From NCBI GenBank assembly GCA_037130655.1, contig JBAXSP010000002.1, forward strand, positions 77,125-141,124: a stretch of DNA of 64,000 nt, given 5' to 3'. Below, piece by piece: positions 48,464 through 57,034 of this stretch. The notes beneath the pieces were generated by a model. That model searched no databases. It was not told where the DNA came from and saw only the letters and a list, made by a program, of their open reading frames with translations. A program made the translations under genes and the position numbers. Within the stretch, counting starts at the first letter, position 1. The number at the start of each line of letters is the position of its first letter. This DNA comes from a bacterium (GTDB lineage Bacteria; Patescibacteriota; Minisyncoccia; Phycocordibacterales; UBA9973).

Positions 48464-48790
48464 ATGAACAACAATCGTGGAGAAAAAATAAAAGACTTGA
48501 TCAAACACTGTGTCAGTGAATACGCAATTAGAGAAGCAGGAAACACTTCTCTTATCACTATTACCGACATTGCTATTTCTGAAGACGGCAAAAATGCGAC
48601 CGTACTTTTCACTGCGCTACCTGAATCAAAACAAGAAGCAGCGCTTGGTTTCCTCAAACGTCATCGTGGAGAAATGCGTGAATACATCAAAAACAAAGTC
48701 AAAACAAACGCAATCCCCTATTTAGATGTTAAAATAGACCTAGGTGAAAAGAACCGACAACGAATTGATCAGCTCCTTCGCGATAATTAG
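48464..48790 (+). CDS. rbfA: Ribosome-binding factor A
   Basis: Follows infB; ITIT..ISED.K.A.V and IP.L...D pattern. Confidence 0.85.
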   Translation: MNNNRGEKIKDLIKHCVSEYAIREAGNTSLITITDIAISEDGKNATVLFTALPESKQEAALGFLKRHRGEMREYIKNKVKTNAIPYLDVKIDLGEKNRQRIDQLLRDN

Positions 48791-48835
48791 TTGCTGGTTT
48801 TTCACTGGTAGTTTATAGTTAAGAAAATTATATAA

Positions 48836-48907
48836 GACCTAGTGGCCAAGTGGTAAGGCGTTCCTCTGCAAAAGGAATATGCGGCAGTTCGATTCTGCCC
48901 TAGGTCT
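48836..48907 (+). tRNA. tRNA-Cys(GCA)
   Basis: GACCTAG/CTAGGTC-T acceptor, TTCCT-CTGCAAA-AGGAA. Confidence 0.95.
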
Positions 48908-49077
48908 CAGAAAAAACCAATCAGAATGGTTTTTTCTGAGACCTAGGAACAAGTGAACTGCTTCACTTGTGTGCAGAATCGAAAGACGGAGGCATAATTT
49001 TTTCACCAGAAAAAAATAGCCGAGTCGGGGTCGAGAGATTTTTCTGAAGAAAAATACTCGTGACCGATTCTGCCCTA
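48908..49077 (+). repeat. tRNA-3'-linked structured element (Cys copy)
   Basis: Hairpin, AGACCTAGG-[hairpin]-GCAGAATCGAA, core, sense copy CGATTCTGCCCTA at 49065-49077. Confidence 0.92.
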
Positions 49078-49087
49078 CTTAATATTT

Positions 49088-49170
49088 GCCCGAGTGATGG
49101 AATGGTAGACATAGGGGACTTAAAATCCCCAGGTGGCAACACCGTGTGGGTTCGAGTCCCACCTCGGGCA
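49088..49170 (+). tRNA. tRNA-Leu(TAA)
   Basis: GCCCGAG/CTCGGGC acceptor, GGGGA-CTTAAAA-TCCCC. Confidence 0.96.
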
Positions 49171-49330
49171 CAAAGAAATAATCTCTAGAGATTATTTCTT
49201 TGTGCCCGAGGTCGTAGCTTTTGTATAACAAAAGCGTAACGAGGACTCGAAGCCCGATTGAGATTTTTTACAAGCGAAGCAAAGTAAAAAATCCAATTGG
49301 GGTACTGGTCCTGTAAGGACCGAGTCCAAC
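49171..49330 (+). repeat. tRNA-3'-linked structured element (Leu-TAA copy)
   Basis: Perfect palindrome 49161-49212, TGCCCGAGGT-[hairpin]-GGACTCGAA, core GCCCGATTGAG...CCAATTGGGGTAC-TGGTCCTGTAAGGAC, sense copy CGAGTCC. Confidence 0.9.
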
Positions 49331-49435
49331 TTAAGGTAACAAAGTTTTCGTGACCGAGCCCCCCCTATCAAATTGATTTTAAGCCCTTTTTATGTTACTT
49401 TAGATAAACAGCACGGTTGTTTTAAATATAAATAT

Positions 49436-49517
49436 GCCCAGGTGGCGAAATTGGTAGACGCACCAGTCTTAGGAACTGGTATCGCAAGATGTGAAGGTTC
49501 AAGTCCTTTCCTGGGCA
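49436..49517 (+). tRNA. tRNA-Leu(TAG)
   Basis: GCCCAGG/CCTGGGC acceptor, CCAGT-CTTAGGA-ACTGG. Confidence 0.96.
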
Positions 49518-49554
49518 CAATAAAAACTACATACGTAGTTTTTATAGAATAAAC

Positions 49555-49627
49555 GCCTTGTTAGCTCAGTTGGTAGAGCAGCTCCCTCTTAAGGAGATGG
49601 TCGTAGGTTCGAATCCTACACGAGGCA
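49555..49627 (+). tRNA. tRNA-Lys(CTT)
   Basis: TAGCTCAGTTGGTAGAGC D-arm, CTCC-CTCTTAA-GGAG, GGTTCGAATCC. Confidence 0.94.
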
Positions 49628-49737
49628 CAAGACAAAGAAAAACCCTTATTTTTAAGGGTTTTTCTTTGTTTCTACTACTTGACTTTTTATTATATAAGGT
49701 GTATAATATTAGCAGATCAATAAATTGAAAAAATAAT

Positions 49738-51207
49738 ATGAATAACACAACAATGATAATTATTACTGCATCAGTTTTACTTATCCTGGCATTGATTCCA
49801 ATGCTTCGCAAGAAAAAAACGATTCTGAATTTTAACAGAAATCGTACCGCAAATACACCGACACAGAAAAAAGGTCTTATTGATTTTGTTCCTGATGTTG
49901 GAAGTATTACTGAGTATTGGAAATATCTAATAATATTTACACTACTACCCTCTTTACTTTTGGTTATCATTGCAATCCTAACTAGCATTATAATCGAAAA
50001 ACCTATTGAGAATCTTTGGTCCATAACCATTGGTTTTAGTTTTCTCTTACCTATAGCTATTTTAAAAAATGGCTATAGCGAATGTGCGCTTGATGAAGTC
50101 GTTGCTATTTCTATTTTTGGAGGGAAAAAACTTATTGTCGTCAAAGGCGGTCCTTATTTTAAGACACTGTTTATGAAGTCAATGGCTCTTTCAACCAACA
50201 ATATTCCTTTTGATTTCGGTCAAATAGAAACTCACAATGGTGAAGTTAAAGATTGGGCAGCTATTACAACAGCGACACCTGAAACATGTGATTGGGATGC
50301 GTTCAAAAAGTATTGGATTTCTGACTATCTTCATGATATAGAAAATCCAACACAAACAGACAACGATGCAGCAGAAAAGGCGTATTACAAACGATTTGGA
50401 GCAACCGATCAAAATCAAGACAAAGATGCTCAAGTTAAAACAATGATGGAGAAAAATGATTTACACAAACAAATCACTTTTGGTCCAAAAGTTTTTGGAT
50501 TATTAAAAATAATCGACACAGAAGTATTCAAATTTATTGCAAATGTTCCAGGTGAGAACATCGATGAAAAAAAGAAAAATTTAATTGAAAGCGTAAGACA
50601 GTTGACTGTTTCAGTTTTAAATACTGAATTCAAAAAATTTACTCACGCACAATTAATTATTCTTAGTCAGGGCAAATCTCTCAACAAAGAGCTTGAAAAT
50701 GCTCTTGATTCACTGCTTTCAGGTGGAGGTAAAAACAATGGACGAGCAATAATAACTCAAAGTCAAAAAAGTGTTGGGGTTGATTGCATCTTGGCTGAAA
50801 TCACCAAACTAGGTGGAAGTCAAACATTACATGAAGCGATTGATGATGCTCAAAAAGCTAAAATCAAAAAACAATCAACCGTTACAGCGGCTCAAGCAGA
50901 AAAAGAAAAACTTGCACTTGAAGGTCAAGGTAGAGGTGAAGCCAAAAAAGCGGAAGCGGACGGTATCAAAGCACAAAAATTTGCTGAAGCTGCTGGTGAC
51001 GCTGAATTTATCAAACTTGTCACAAAACAAGCAGTCACTGACGGTGTTAGCGTAGCTCAAATATTAGATTATTTGAAATACGTAAAACAAAGCGAAAACA
51101 AAAATGCTACTTATATACTCGAAGGAGGAACTAGTAGTGATTCTCAAATGGCAATGTTTGCGTCAATTCTTGACAAAGCATTAGAAAAATTCAAATCAAA
51201 CAGTTAA
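49738..51207 (+). CDS. Membrane protein with probable SPFH/band-7-like domain and coiled coil
   Basis: 3 N-terminal TMs, GP.F motif, AQAEKEK...EGQGRGEA..AEA coiled-coil typical of SPFH proteins. Confidence 0.65.
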   Translation: MNNTTMIIITASVLLILALIPMLRKKKTILNFNRNRTANTPTQKKGLIDFVPDVGSITEYWKYLIIFTLLPSLLLVIIAILTSIIIEKPIENLWSITIGFSFLLPIAILKNGYSECALDEVVAISIFGGKKLIVVKGGPYFKTLFMKSMALSTNNIPFDFGQIETHNGEVKDWAAITTATPETCDWDAFKKYWISDYLHDIENPTQTDNDAAEKAYYKRFGATDQNQDKDAQVKTMMEKNDLHKQITFGPKVFGLLKIIDTEVFKFIANVPGENIDEKKKNLIESVRQLTVSVLNTEFKKFTHAQLIILSQGKSLNKELENALDSLLSGGGKNNGRAIITQSQKSVGVDCILAEITKLGGSQTLHEAIDDAQKAKIKKQSTVTAAQAEKEKLALEGQGRGEAKKAEADGIKAQKFAEAAGDAEFIKLVTKQAVTDGVSVAQILDYLKYVKQSENKNATYILEGGTSSDSQMAMFASILDKALEKFKSNS

Positions 51208-51222
51208 AAAACAAATTAAAAA

Positions 51223-51837
51223 ATGGAAGCAATAATTATTGTTGTAATTGGTATCATTCTTCTTTCTTGGAAGAATTTAATCAAAATGTTAAACATACCG
51301 AGTGTTTCTGTATCAAGCAATACTTCAGGTATATTCTTTGGAGCACTGGCGTATATAGCATTATTGTTATTACTCTATCGTGTTTCTCCTAAAGCCTGGG
51401 AGGTTTGGTATAGTGGTGGCTGGTTTTGGTTATCTCAAGGATTAATTATCTTAGGAATAATCGGAATAGCTACTGAAAAACGAGCTACAGGTGGTATTAT
51501 TCTTGCAGTAGGTATTTTATTTGCTTACTTAGATACAAAAAGTAATATTGAGGCTGCATCAAAAAACCACAAAGAAACTAGATACGCCAAACACGGTGTA
51601 TGGAGTGATGGAGTGTATCTTCCTGAATGGAAAGGAGTGAATTTCTTACACGCAGATGCAGACAGTGTTTTAATGCTTACTTCAAAAAACGAAGTAATCG
51701 TAGTAACAAAAGATGCTTTCTTCTACAAAGAAAATCACCAACCATTTAATGCAGACAAACTGCATTGTGGAGAAACAAGGTTTATGGCAATCGATGGTTG
51801 CCCTGAGACCCCTGTTGTTACCACTTGGCCAGAATAG
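51223..51837 (+). CDS. Hypothetical membrane protein
   Basis: 4 TM helices plus soluble C-terminal domain. Confidence 0.7.
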   Translation: MEAIIIVVIGIILLSWKNLIKMLNIPSVSVSSNTSGIFFGALAYIALLLLLYRVSPKAWEVWYSGGWFWLSQGLIILGIIGIATEKRATGGIILAVGILFAYLDTKSNIEAASKNHKETRYAKHGVWSDGVYLPEWKGVNFLHADADSVLMLTSKNEVIVVTKDAFFYKENHQPFNADKLHCGETRFMAIDGCPETPVVTTWPE

Positions 51838-51856
51838 TTCTTTCGCTAGCAATAGC

Positions 51857-51884
51857 AAAGCCCCGAGATAAATCTCGGGGCTTT
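51857..51884. terminator. Bidirectional terminator
   Basis: AAAGCCCCGAGAT-AA-ATCTCGGGGCTTT. Confidence 0.85.
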
Positions 51885-51896
51885 TTTATGTCTTGT

Positions 51897-52238
51897 CTAA
51901 TTTGTTGTTTCTCGTTGATACTTGATGTATTGATTAACATCAACACCACTTCCTTCCGGTGACTTGAAACTAAATGAACTAGCAATGAAGTAAATAATTC
52001 CCCAAATACCGAGCATAATAGTTAAGCCGACGAGCCCCCAGATAATGTGATCTTTTCCTTTCTTGCGTGCATCACTTCCATCTTTTCCTCTCATGTATTC
52101 CATTACTCCCCAAATAAAAATTAGGAACGCAATAGTAAACAAAAGATTAATCGCTGGATTGACGATATATTTGAGCAAATTGTTGTACAAAGACTCAAAT
52201 GTCGCAGCGTGAGCAATCAAAGGAAGAAACATAAACAA
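51897..52238 (-). CDS. VirB2/TrbC-like pilin
   Basis: Signal remnant AHA, TM-FIWG..Y-loop-RKKGK.HIIWGLVGL.IM..WGI. Confidence 0.75.
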   Translation of the reverse strand: MFMFLPLIAHAATFESLYNNLLKYIVNPAINLLFTIAFLIFIWGVMEYMRGKDGSDARKKGKDHIIWGLVGLTIMLGIWGIIYFIASSFSFKSPEGSGVDVNQYIKYQRETTN

Positions 52239-52241
52239 AGA

Positions 52242-52583
52242 TTATCGACAAACAGTAACCAATTTTCCATTAATGTTAACTTGTTGAGGAAACATTCCTG
52301 GTGGACAAGTTTGTTGTTGAGTTGTTGTATTAGTTGCACCTGTAACGTTTTGCAAAATACGAACAATTCCCCATGCAGATGACATTACGAACAACGCAAT
52401 GATTCCATACATAAGTTTACCCTTCCATTCTTTTTTCTTATCATCTGATTTTGCAGTGATAAATTCGTATACACTATACAAAAAGTATAGGAAGGCAACA
52501 GCCATCATTATTTGTATACCAAGCTGAATGAGTCCCAAAAATCCTGTTCCAGCACTTTCTATATAACCAAGGTTTGGAGCCAT
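52242..52583 (-). CDS. VirB2/TrbC-like pilin
   Basis: AFLYFLY..YEFI...KKKE.K.KLMYGIIALFVM.S.WGIV. Confidence 0.75.
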   Translation of the reverse strand: MAPNLGYIESAGTGFLGLIQLGIQIMMAVAFLYFLYSVYEFITAKSDDKKKEWKGKLMYGIIALFVMSSAWGIVRILQNVTGATNTTTQQQTCPPGMFPQQVNINGKLVTVCR

Positions 52584-52709
52584 AAATTAAAATAAATTAA
52601 ACTAATATATAAACGACCGATGGTACCCCACCGAAACGTACCTTTATTTTACCATACAAAAGACCTTGCGATGCAAGCAAGGTCTGTGAATAGAGTCTGT
52701 TTTGTCTGT

Positions 52710-53090
52710 TTATTTGATGTTTCGAATCTGTGGAATAAACGATCCACCAAGCCCGAGGGTACTCGAAAGAATTTTGACAATCCCCCACACAGACACCATG
52801 ATAAACAACGCAATAATACTAATCATGAGTGTCTTTTGAGCATCTTTGCGTTCTTTTTCATTGGCAGCCTTACGCATTGTTTCGATAATATTCCAAATGA
52901 AATAGAGAAAAGCTACTCCAAACAAAATTGGAATAATGTAACTCCCAATAAAACAAAGAAATACAGCGAGTAATTCACCGATATTGGCAAAACTAGTTGG
53001 GCAAAAACTACTCGAAGCAGTACTGCTTGCTTGAGCAAAGAGTCCGACAGGAAGCAGTATATTGAAAAGGATTAAAAATGTTTTTTTCAT
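52710..53090 (-). CDS. VirB2/TrbC-like pilin
   Basis: Signal peptide, AFLYFIW, ERKDAQK.LM.SIIALFIMVSVWGIV. Confidence 0.75.
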   Translation of the reverse strand: MKKTFLILFNILLPVGLFAQASSTASSSFCPTSFANIGELLAVFLCFIGSYIIPILFGVAFLYFIWNIIETMRKAANEKERKDAQKTLMISIIALFIMVSVWGIVKILSSTLGLGGSFIPQIRNIK

Positions 53091-53103
53091 ATAAAATATA
53101 TAA

Positions 53104-53532
53104 TTAACTAGTGATGAGGTTTACTGTTGCAATAATCGCCTTGGCTATCGCATAAGCACCAAGGAATATGGCAGTACCGAGCAAAACGTGACCGAGATTC
53201 CGGTGTGCATCGGTAATCTTTTTTTCATTACCCCGAGCCATAACATACTGGAAACCAGCCCAAAGCAAAAAGAGTGCGATGATCGGAATACCGACCTTGA
53301 GCACCACACCAACAATACGATCTATCAAAGACATGATGTCTGTATCATTGATTGGATTATCCAAATGAATACTGAGACCGAGGCTTCCACCAGTGGCTTT
53401 ATCTGAAAGCTTATCCTTGCCAGTAGTGTGTGCATCCGCTCCAGTAGTATTTGCATTTTGCGCATACATCAAACTCATTGGTGTTATCAGTAAAAAAAAC
53501 AGGGTTATAATTGAAGCAATTTTTGTTTTCAT
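53104..53532 (-). CDS. VirB2/TrbC-like pilin
   Basis: LDNPI, WAGFQYVMARGNEKKITDA, LLGTAIFLGA; start placed at MKTKI. Confidence 0.8.
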   Translation of the reverse strand: MKTKIASIITLFFLLITPMSLMYAQNANTTGADAHTTGKDKLSDKATGGSLGLSIHLDNPINDTDIMSLIDRIVGVVLKVGIPIIALFLLWAGFQYVMARGNEKKITDAHRNLGHVLLGTAIFLGAYAIAKAIIATVNLITS

Positions 53533-53555
53533 ATATTTATTATACAACATATCTA

Positions 53556-54851
53556 TTAAAAGAAGGTGTCGAATGACGGCTTTTCTCCGGCAAACATGAC
53601 AATAATCGTCTTTACAATCACCCACGCACAAAGTGCAACTACATACCCGATAATTAATGCCTTTAATGTATCTTTTGCTTTTCCTCGAGCTTTAACATCC
53701 CCGCCTGAGTTGATAAACACCCAGCCGACATAGAACAAGCCAAACATAAACATCAAAAATGCAACCTTGGTCAAAAGAAGCTTGATCACATTTTGAAGCA
53801 AGAGCATTGCTGATCCAAAGGTACAGGGCACTTTGACTCCGTCACAGACAATCAAAAGCTCACTAATCGATTGACTACTGGTGAGATTTTTTCCCAACGC
53901 AGTACTTGTGGCTAGTCCTGACGCTTCTTTGCCTGTATAATCAACAACTGGTTTTGTTGTTGAAGCAAATGGATTTGTGGTGACACCAAGCATTGGAATA
54001 TTTGGCACAAAGTCATTACTTTGGAAATACACCATACCTGTTTGTGCACCAATAATTTCAATCATTGCCACACACTGCCCCACAATATCTGTGCAGTATT
54101 TTGTGTAATCAGTTTGATTAATCGGATTACTCATCCCGCTAATTTGTTGAATATTCGGCAGTCCAAAGAATTGTGGAGTAGTAACTTTACCATTTGCATC
54201 TACAGCAAGTAATTCGATTTTACTTGCTTCACTTTTTTTATCAAACATTGCTGTTGCAGAACGTGCACCGAGCACCAATTGTGTATCTTTTCCTTTTGGA
54301 ACAAAAAGATTTCCACGAAAATCAACCTTCAATTGCACTGCCCCACCAGATAACACCTGACTTGAATCAAACATCGCAAAATCTCCATATGCGCCATTCC
54401 ACAAGACACTTGGTATACATTGACCATAAGTACCTGAACAATTTTCATTTCTTTTTTGAAGTTCTGCTTGCAGTTGCGCTATTTGGTCTCCCAATTGCTG
54501 TGTTGAACTTGCTTTGGTAGTTGTTTGAGCTTGCATCAGCTGTAGCTGGAGTTGATTCAATTGTTGCTGAAGTTGTGCCGGAGTAAAATTCGACAAAGAA
54601 ACACCTGTTTTGAATTGCAGTGCTTGAGATAATTGTTGCATTTGCAACTGATTGAGCTGTTGTTGTAATTGCGCAACTTGCGCTGTTTTATTTGCTTGTT
54701 GTGCTTGTGCAATCTGTTGTTGGAGTTGGGTTATTTGAGCTTGTAATTGAGCGGGAGTAACATTTTGCGCTTGTACGGTAAACAGTAGTGCAGAAAAAGC
54801 AATACTCACCACAAGAAGAACATAAATAGCTTTGTTGATACTTTTTTTCAT
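53556..54851 (-). CDS. Large pilin-domain protein with Gln-rich coiled coil
   Basis: Signal peptide, QLQQQLNQLQ repeats, C..C motif and YVGW.FI.SGGD.KARGKAK pilin tail. Confidence 0.75.
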   Translation of the reverse strand: MKKSINKAIYVLLVVSIAFSALLFTVQAQNVTPAQLQAQITQLQQQIAQAQQANKTAQVAQLQQQLNQLQMQQLSQALQFKTGVSLSNFTPAQLQQQLNQLQLQLMQAQTTTKASSTQQLGDQIAQLQAELQKRNENCSGTYGQCIPSVLWNGAYGDFAMFDSSQVLSGGAVQLKVDFRGNLFVPKGKDTQLVLGARSATAMFDKKSEASKIELLAVDANGKVTTPQFFGLPNIQQISGMSNPINQTDYTKYCTDIVGQCVAMIEIIGAQTGMVYFQSNDFVPNIPMLGVTTNPFASTTKPVVDYTGKEASGLATSTALGKNLTSSQSISELLIVCDGVKVPCTFGSAMLLLQNVIKLLLTKVAFLMFMFGLFYVGWVFINSGGDVKARGKAKDTLKALIIGYVVALCAWVIVKTIIVMFAGEKPSFDTFF

Positions 54852-54854
54852 AAA

Positions 54855-56165
54855 TTAATTTGATGCACCGAGTAATCCTTGTGCACGGATCACTGCTTCA
54901 CTGATTTTCATCCGACCAGTAATTACTCCATTTATCATATCACGAAAGACCGCATCACTTTGTGCAGGACTTGGATCAAACCAAGTCTTTGATATCAATG
55001 CTTGTTCGTAAAAGAGTGTTGTATACCCTTTGACGTCTGACGTATCCGCAATAACACTGCGGTGCACCGGAGAGAGTGTATAGATACTGTCGAGCAATTT
55101 TGTTGTATCAGGGTCAGCAAAAAGTGTCATCACTTTTGTTGCACCTGTTGGATTGATGGCATTTTTGACCTGTGACATAACATACAAACGCGCAAAGGTT
55201 GTTTTGGTTCCAGTGTTTTTGATTTGTGGCATCATTGTTGGTGCAAAATTGAGATTTGGATTTCGTTCTCGTAAATTGAGTAGCTCACTTGCAAAACCAA
55301 CATAGTACGCCAAATCTCCTGCAAGAAATGCTTCTCGAGAGTTCGCCAATGAACGATTCCATGTATATAGATCGTCATACGGATTTGCGAAGCGTGTATA
55401 AAAAGAAATAATCGATTCGGCAATTGATGCACCATTTGCGTCAGTTGCATACGCCAAATTTGGTTTGTATGTGTATCCATCATTTGAAACAACTCGTTCG
55501 ACAATCGGATTTCCTGCTTGCAATAGTAGTGTCGAAATCAATGCTTTTGCGTTTGAAACATTGTCATACAATCCGATACCGAAAGCCGCACGAGTGATTG
55601 TCGTACCAATTGTTTTGATTCTTATTTTTTCAACATATGAAGCTGCATCATCCCAATATTGTATTGGTTGCGCAAAACCAGCATCAGACAAAATATCTCG
55701 ATTGTAGTACAAAACAAGCGGATCACTTCCGACAGGAATACCGAGCAGTCCACCATTTGTAAGTAATCCTTCAGCAAGCTCTATATAGGTTTGCTTGAAA
55801 GCACTTTCTGGAAATGTCGCATATGGAACGGGGGTAATTCTCGATTCTAGTGTAGTCAAAATATCACTTGGAAACAAAATAACATCTGGCTGATTGTTGT
55901 CAGCCAAAGCCTCTGTCAACATATCTTTGAATTGGTCTGGTGCAATTTGTATATAACGCAATGTTAGTGTTTTGTCTTTTTTAGATAGAGCATCAGCGAT
56001 TTGACCAAAGTCACCTTGTGGCAATGTTCCCCAAACAACAACTGCACCTGTCTCGGGTGCTTTACTTGAACTACTTGGGCTCGGAATAAAACCAGAAAAC
56101 ATCATGACTGCTACAATCAATGCAACTCCGCAAACAATAGAAAGAATTATTTGAAAACGATTCAT
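54855..56165 (-). CDS. Extracellular solute-binding protein (sugar ABC type)
   Basis: N-anchor, VVWG, PDVI, DPLVLYYNRD, F.AG.LA, PQ. Confidence 0.85.
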   Translation of the reverse strand: MNRFQIILSIVCGVALIVAVMMFSGFIPSPSSSSKAPETGAVVVWGTLPQGDFGQIADALSKKDKTLTLRYIQIAPDQFKDMLTEALADNNQPDVILFPSDILTTLESRITPVPYATFPESAFKQTYIELAEGLLTNGGLLGIPVGSDPLVLYYNRDILSDAGFAQPIQYWDDAASYVEKIRIKTIGTTITRAAFGIGLYDNVSNAKALISTLLLQAGNPIVERVVSNDGYTYKPNLAYATDANGASIAESIISFYTRFANPYDDLYTWNRSLANSREAFLAGDLAYYVGFASELLNLRERNPNLNFAPTMMPQIKNTGTKTTFARLYVMSQVKNAINPTGATKVMTLFADPDTTKLLDSIYTLSPVHRSVIADTSDVKGYTTLFYEQALISKTWFDPSPAQSDAVFRDMINGVITGRMKISEAVIRAQGLLGASN

Positions 56166-56166
56166 A

Positions 56167-56691
56167 TTATATAGAAAAAATTATACCATAGTGATGCGAA
56201 CCGGCATTAATAGAACTCTGTCGATGAAACTGATGTTTTACAAAAAGTGTTTCTGTTTGTGATAGTGTCATAACATCTTCTGGTTTTGGACCAAGTCCAC
56301 CAAATGAACTTGTCCAATCTACTACAACTACTCTTCCTCCTGGTTTCAAGATACGAGCAATTTCCTTGAGTGCTGTTTCTTTGTCTCTCAACTGGAACAA
56401 AATGTTCGCCAAAATCACCACGTCAACAGAATGTTTTGCCATCTTTGTACCGTTTAGTCGTTCAACATCACCCCACAGCACTTCAACATTATTCAAATGT
56501 AATTTTTGTGCATCGTTTGCAAGACGTACAAGTAAATCTTTCTGCACATCGAGTGCATACACCCTACCATTTGTTCCGATTCTTTTTGCACACGCAAAAC
56601 TATATGCACCAACTCCTGCACCAACATCAAGCACCACAGCACCAGGAGTAATTCCAGCTTGAGAAATAATTGTATCGGGATTAGAAAACAT
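56167..56691 (-). CDS. Class I SAM-dependent methyltransferase
   Basis: VLDVGAGVG, RILKPGG, VVDW, HHYG. Confidence 0.9.
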   Translation of the reverse strand: MFSNPDTIISQAGITPGAVVLDVGAGVGAYSFACAKRIGTNGRVYALDVQKDLLVRLANDAQKLHLNNVEVLWGDVERLNGTKMAKHSVDVVILANILFQLRDKETALKEIARILKPGGRVVVVDWTSSFGGLGPKPEDVMTLSQTETLFVKHQFHRQSSINAGSHHYGIIFSI

Positions 56692-56736
56692 ATATAAAGT
56701 ATAGTCTATAAAGTCGAAAGTCGAAAGTTATAAAGT

Positions 56737-56769
56737 AAAAGAGCGAAAGGCTTCGCCTTTCGCTCTTTT
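56737..56769. terminator. Intrinsic terminator
   Basis: AAAAGAGCGAAAGG-CTTCG-CCTTTCGCTCTTTT. Confidence 0.8.
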
Positions 56770-56775
56770 TATTTT

Positions 56776-56883
56776 TTATTTAGAATCATCTTTATTTATC
56801 TTACTAACGTAATTACACCAAGAACAAACAGTATATCCTAAAACGAAACTAATTATATAACCTATCAAAATTTTATTTTCCAT
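56776..56883 (-). CDS. Possible 35-aa single-TM peptide
   Basis: MENKILIGYIISFVLGYTVCSWCNYVSKINKDDSK*, followed by a terminator. Confidence 0.4.
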   Translation of the reverse strand: MENKILIGYIISFVLGYTVCSWCNYVSKINKDDSK

Positions 56884-56912
56884 ATATTTTTATTAGAACT
56901 TATTTTAAAATT

Positions 56913-57034
56913 AGATTTCATTAAAAACTTCAGATACGAGGCGTCGAGGCGGAAAAATGTGAGACGTAGATGTGCTACGTTGAATGTTTTTCCGCCGAAG
57001 ACAACGAAGTAGCTGGAGGAATTTAATAAAATCT
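56913..57034. repeat. Long interrupted palindromic element after gyrA
   Basis: Nested stems AGATTT.ATTAAA/TTTAATAAAATCT, GGCGGAAAAA/TTTTTCCGCC, ACGTAG/CTACGT with purine-rich bulges. Confidence 0.75.

Noticed and set aside
48836-49627. CRISPR array
   Set aside because: No regularly spaced identical repeats or cas genes anywhere in the window.
24519-50030. ORFs 24519-24803, 37454-37690, 41371-41658 and 49566-50030
   Set aside because: They overlap tRNA genes or repeat elements and have no protein-like features.
56707-56736. Heptamer-like tandem repeats (TCGAAAG/TATAAAG; also CTAGAGC-like at about 26811-26840)
   Set aside because: Only three or four degenerate units; too weak to interpret.
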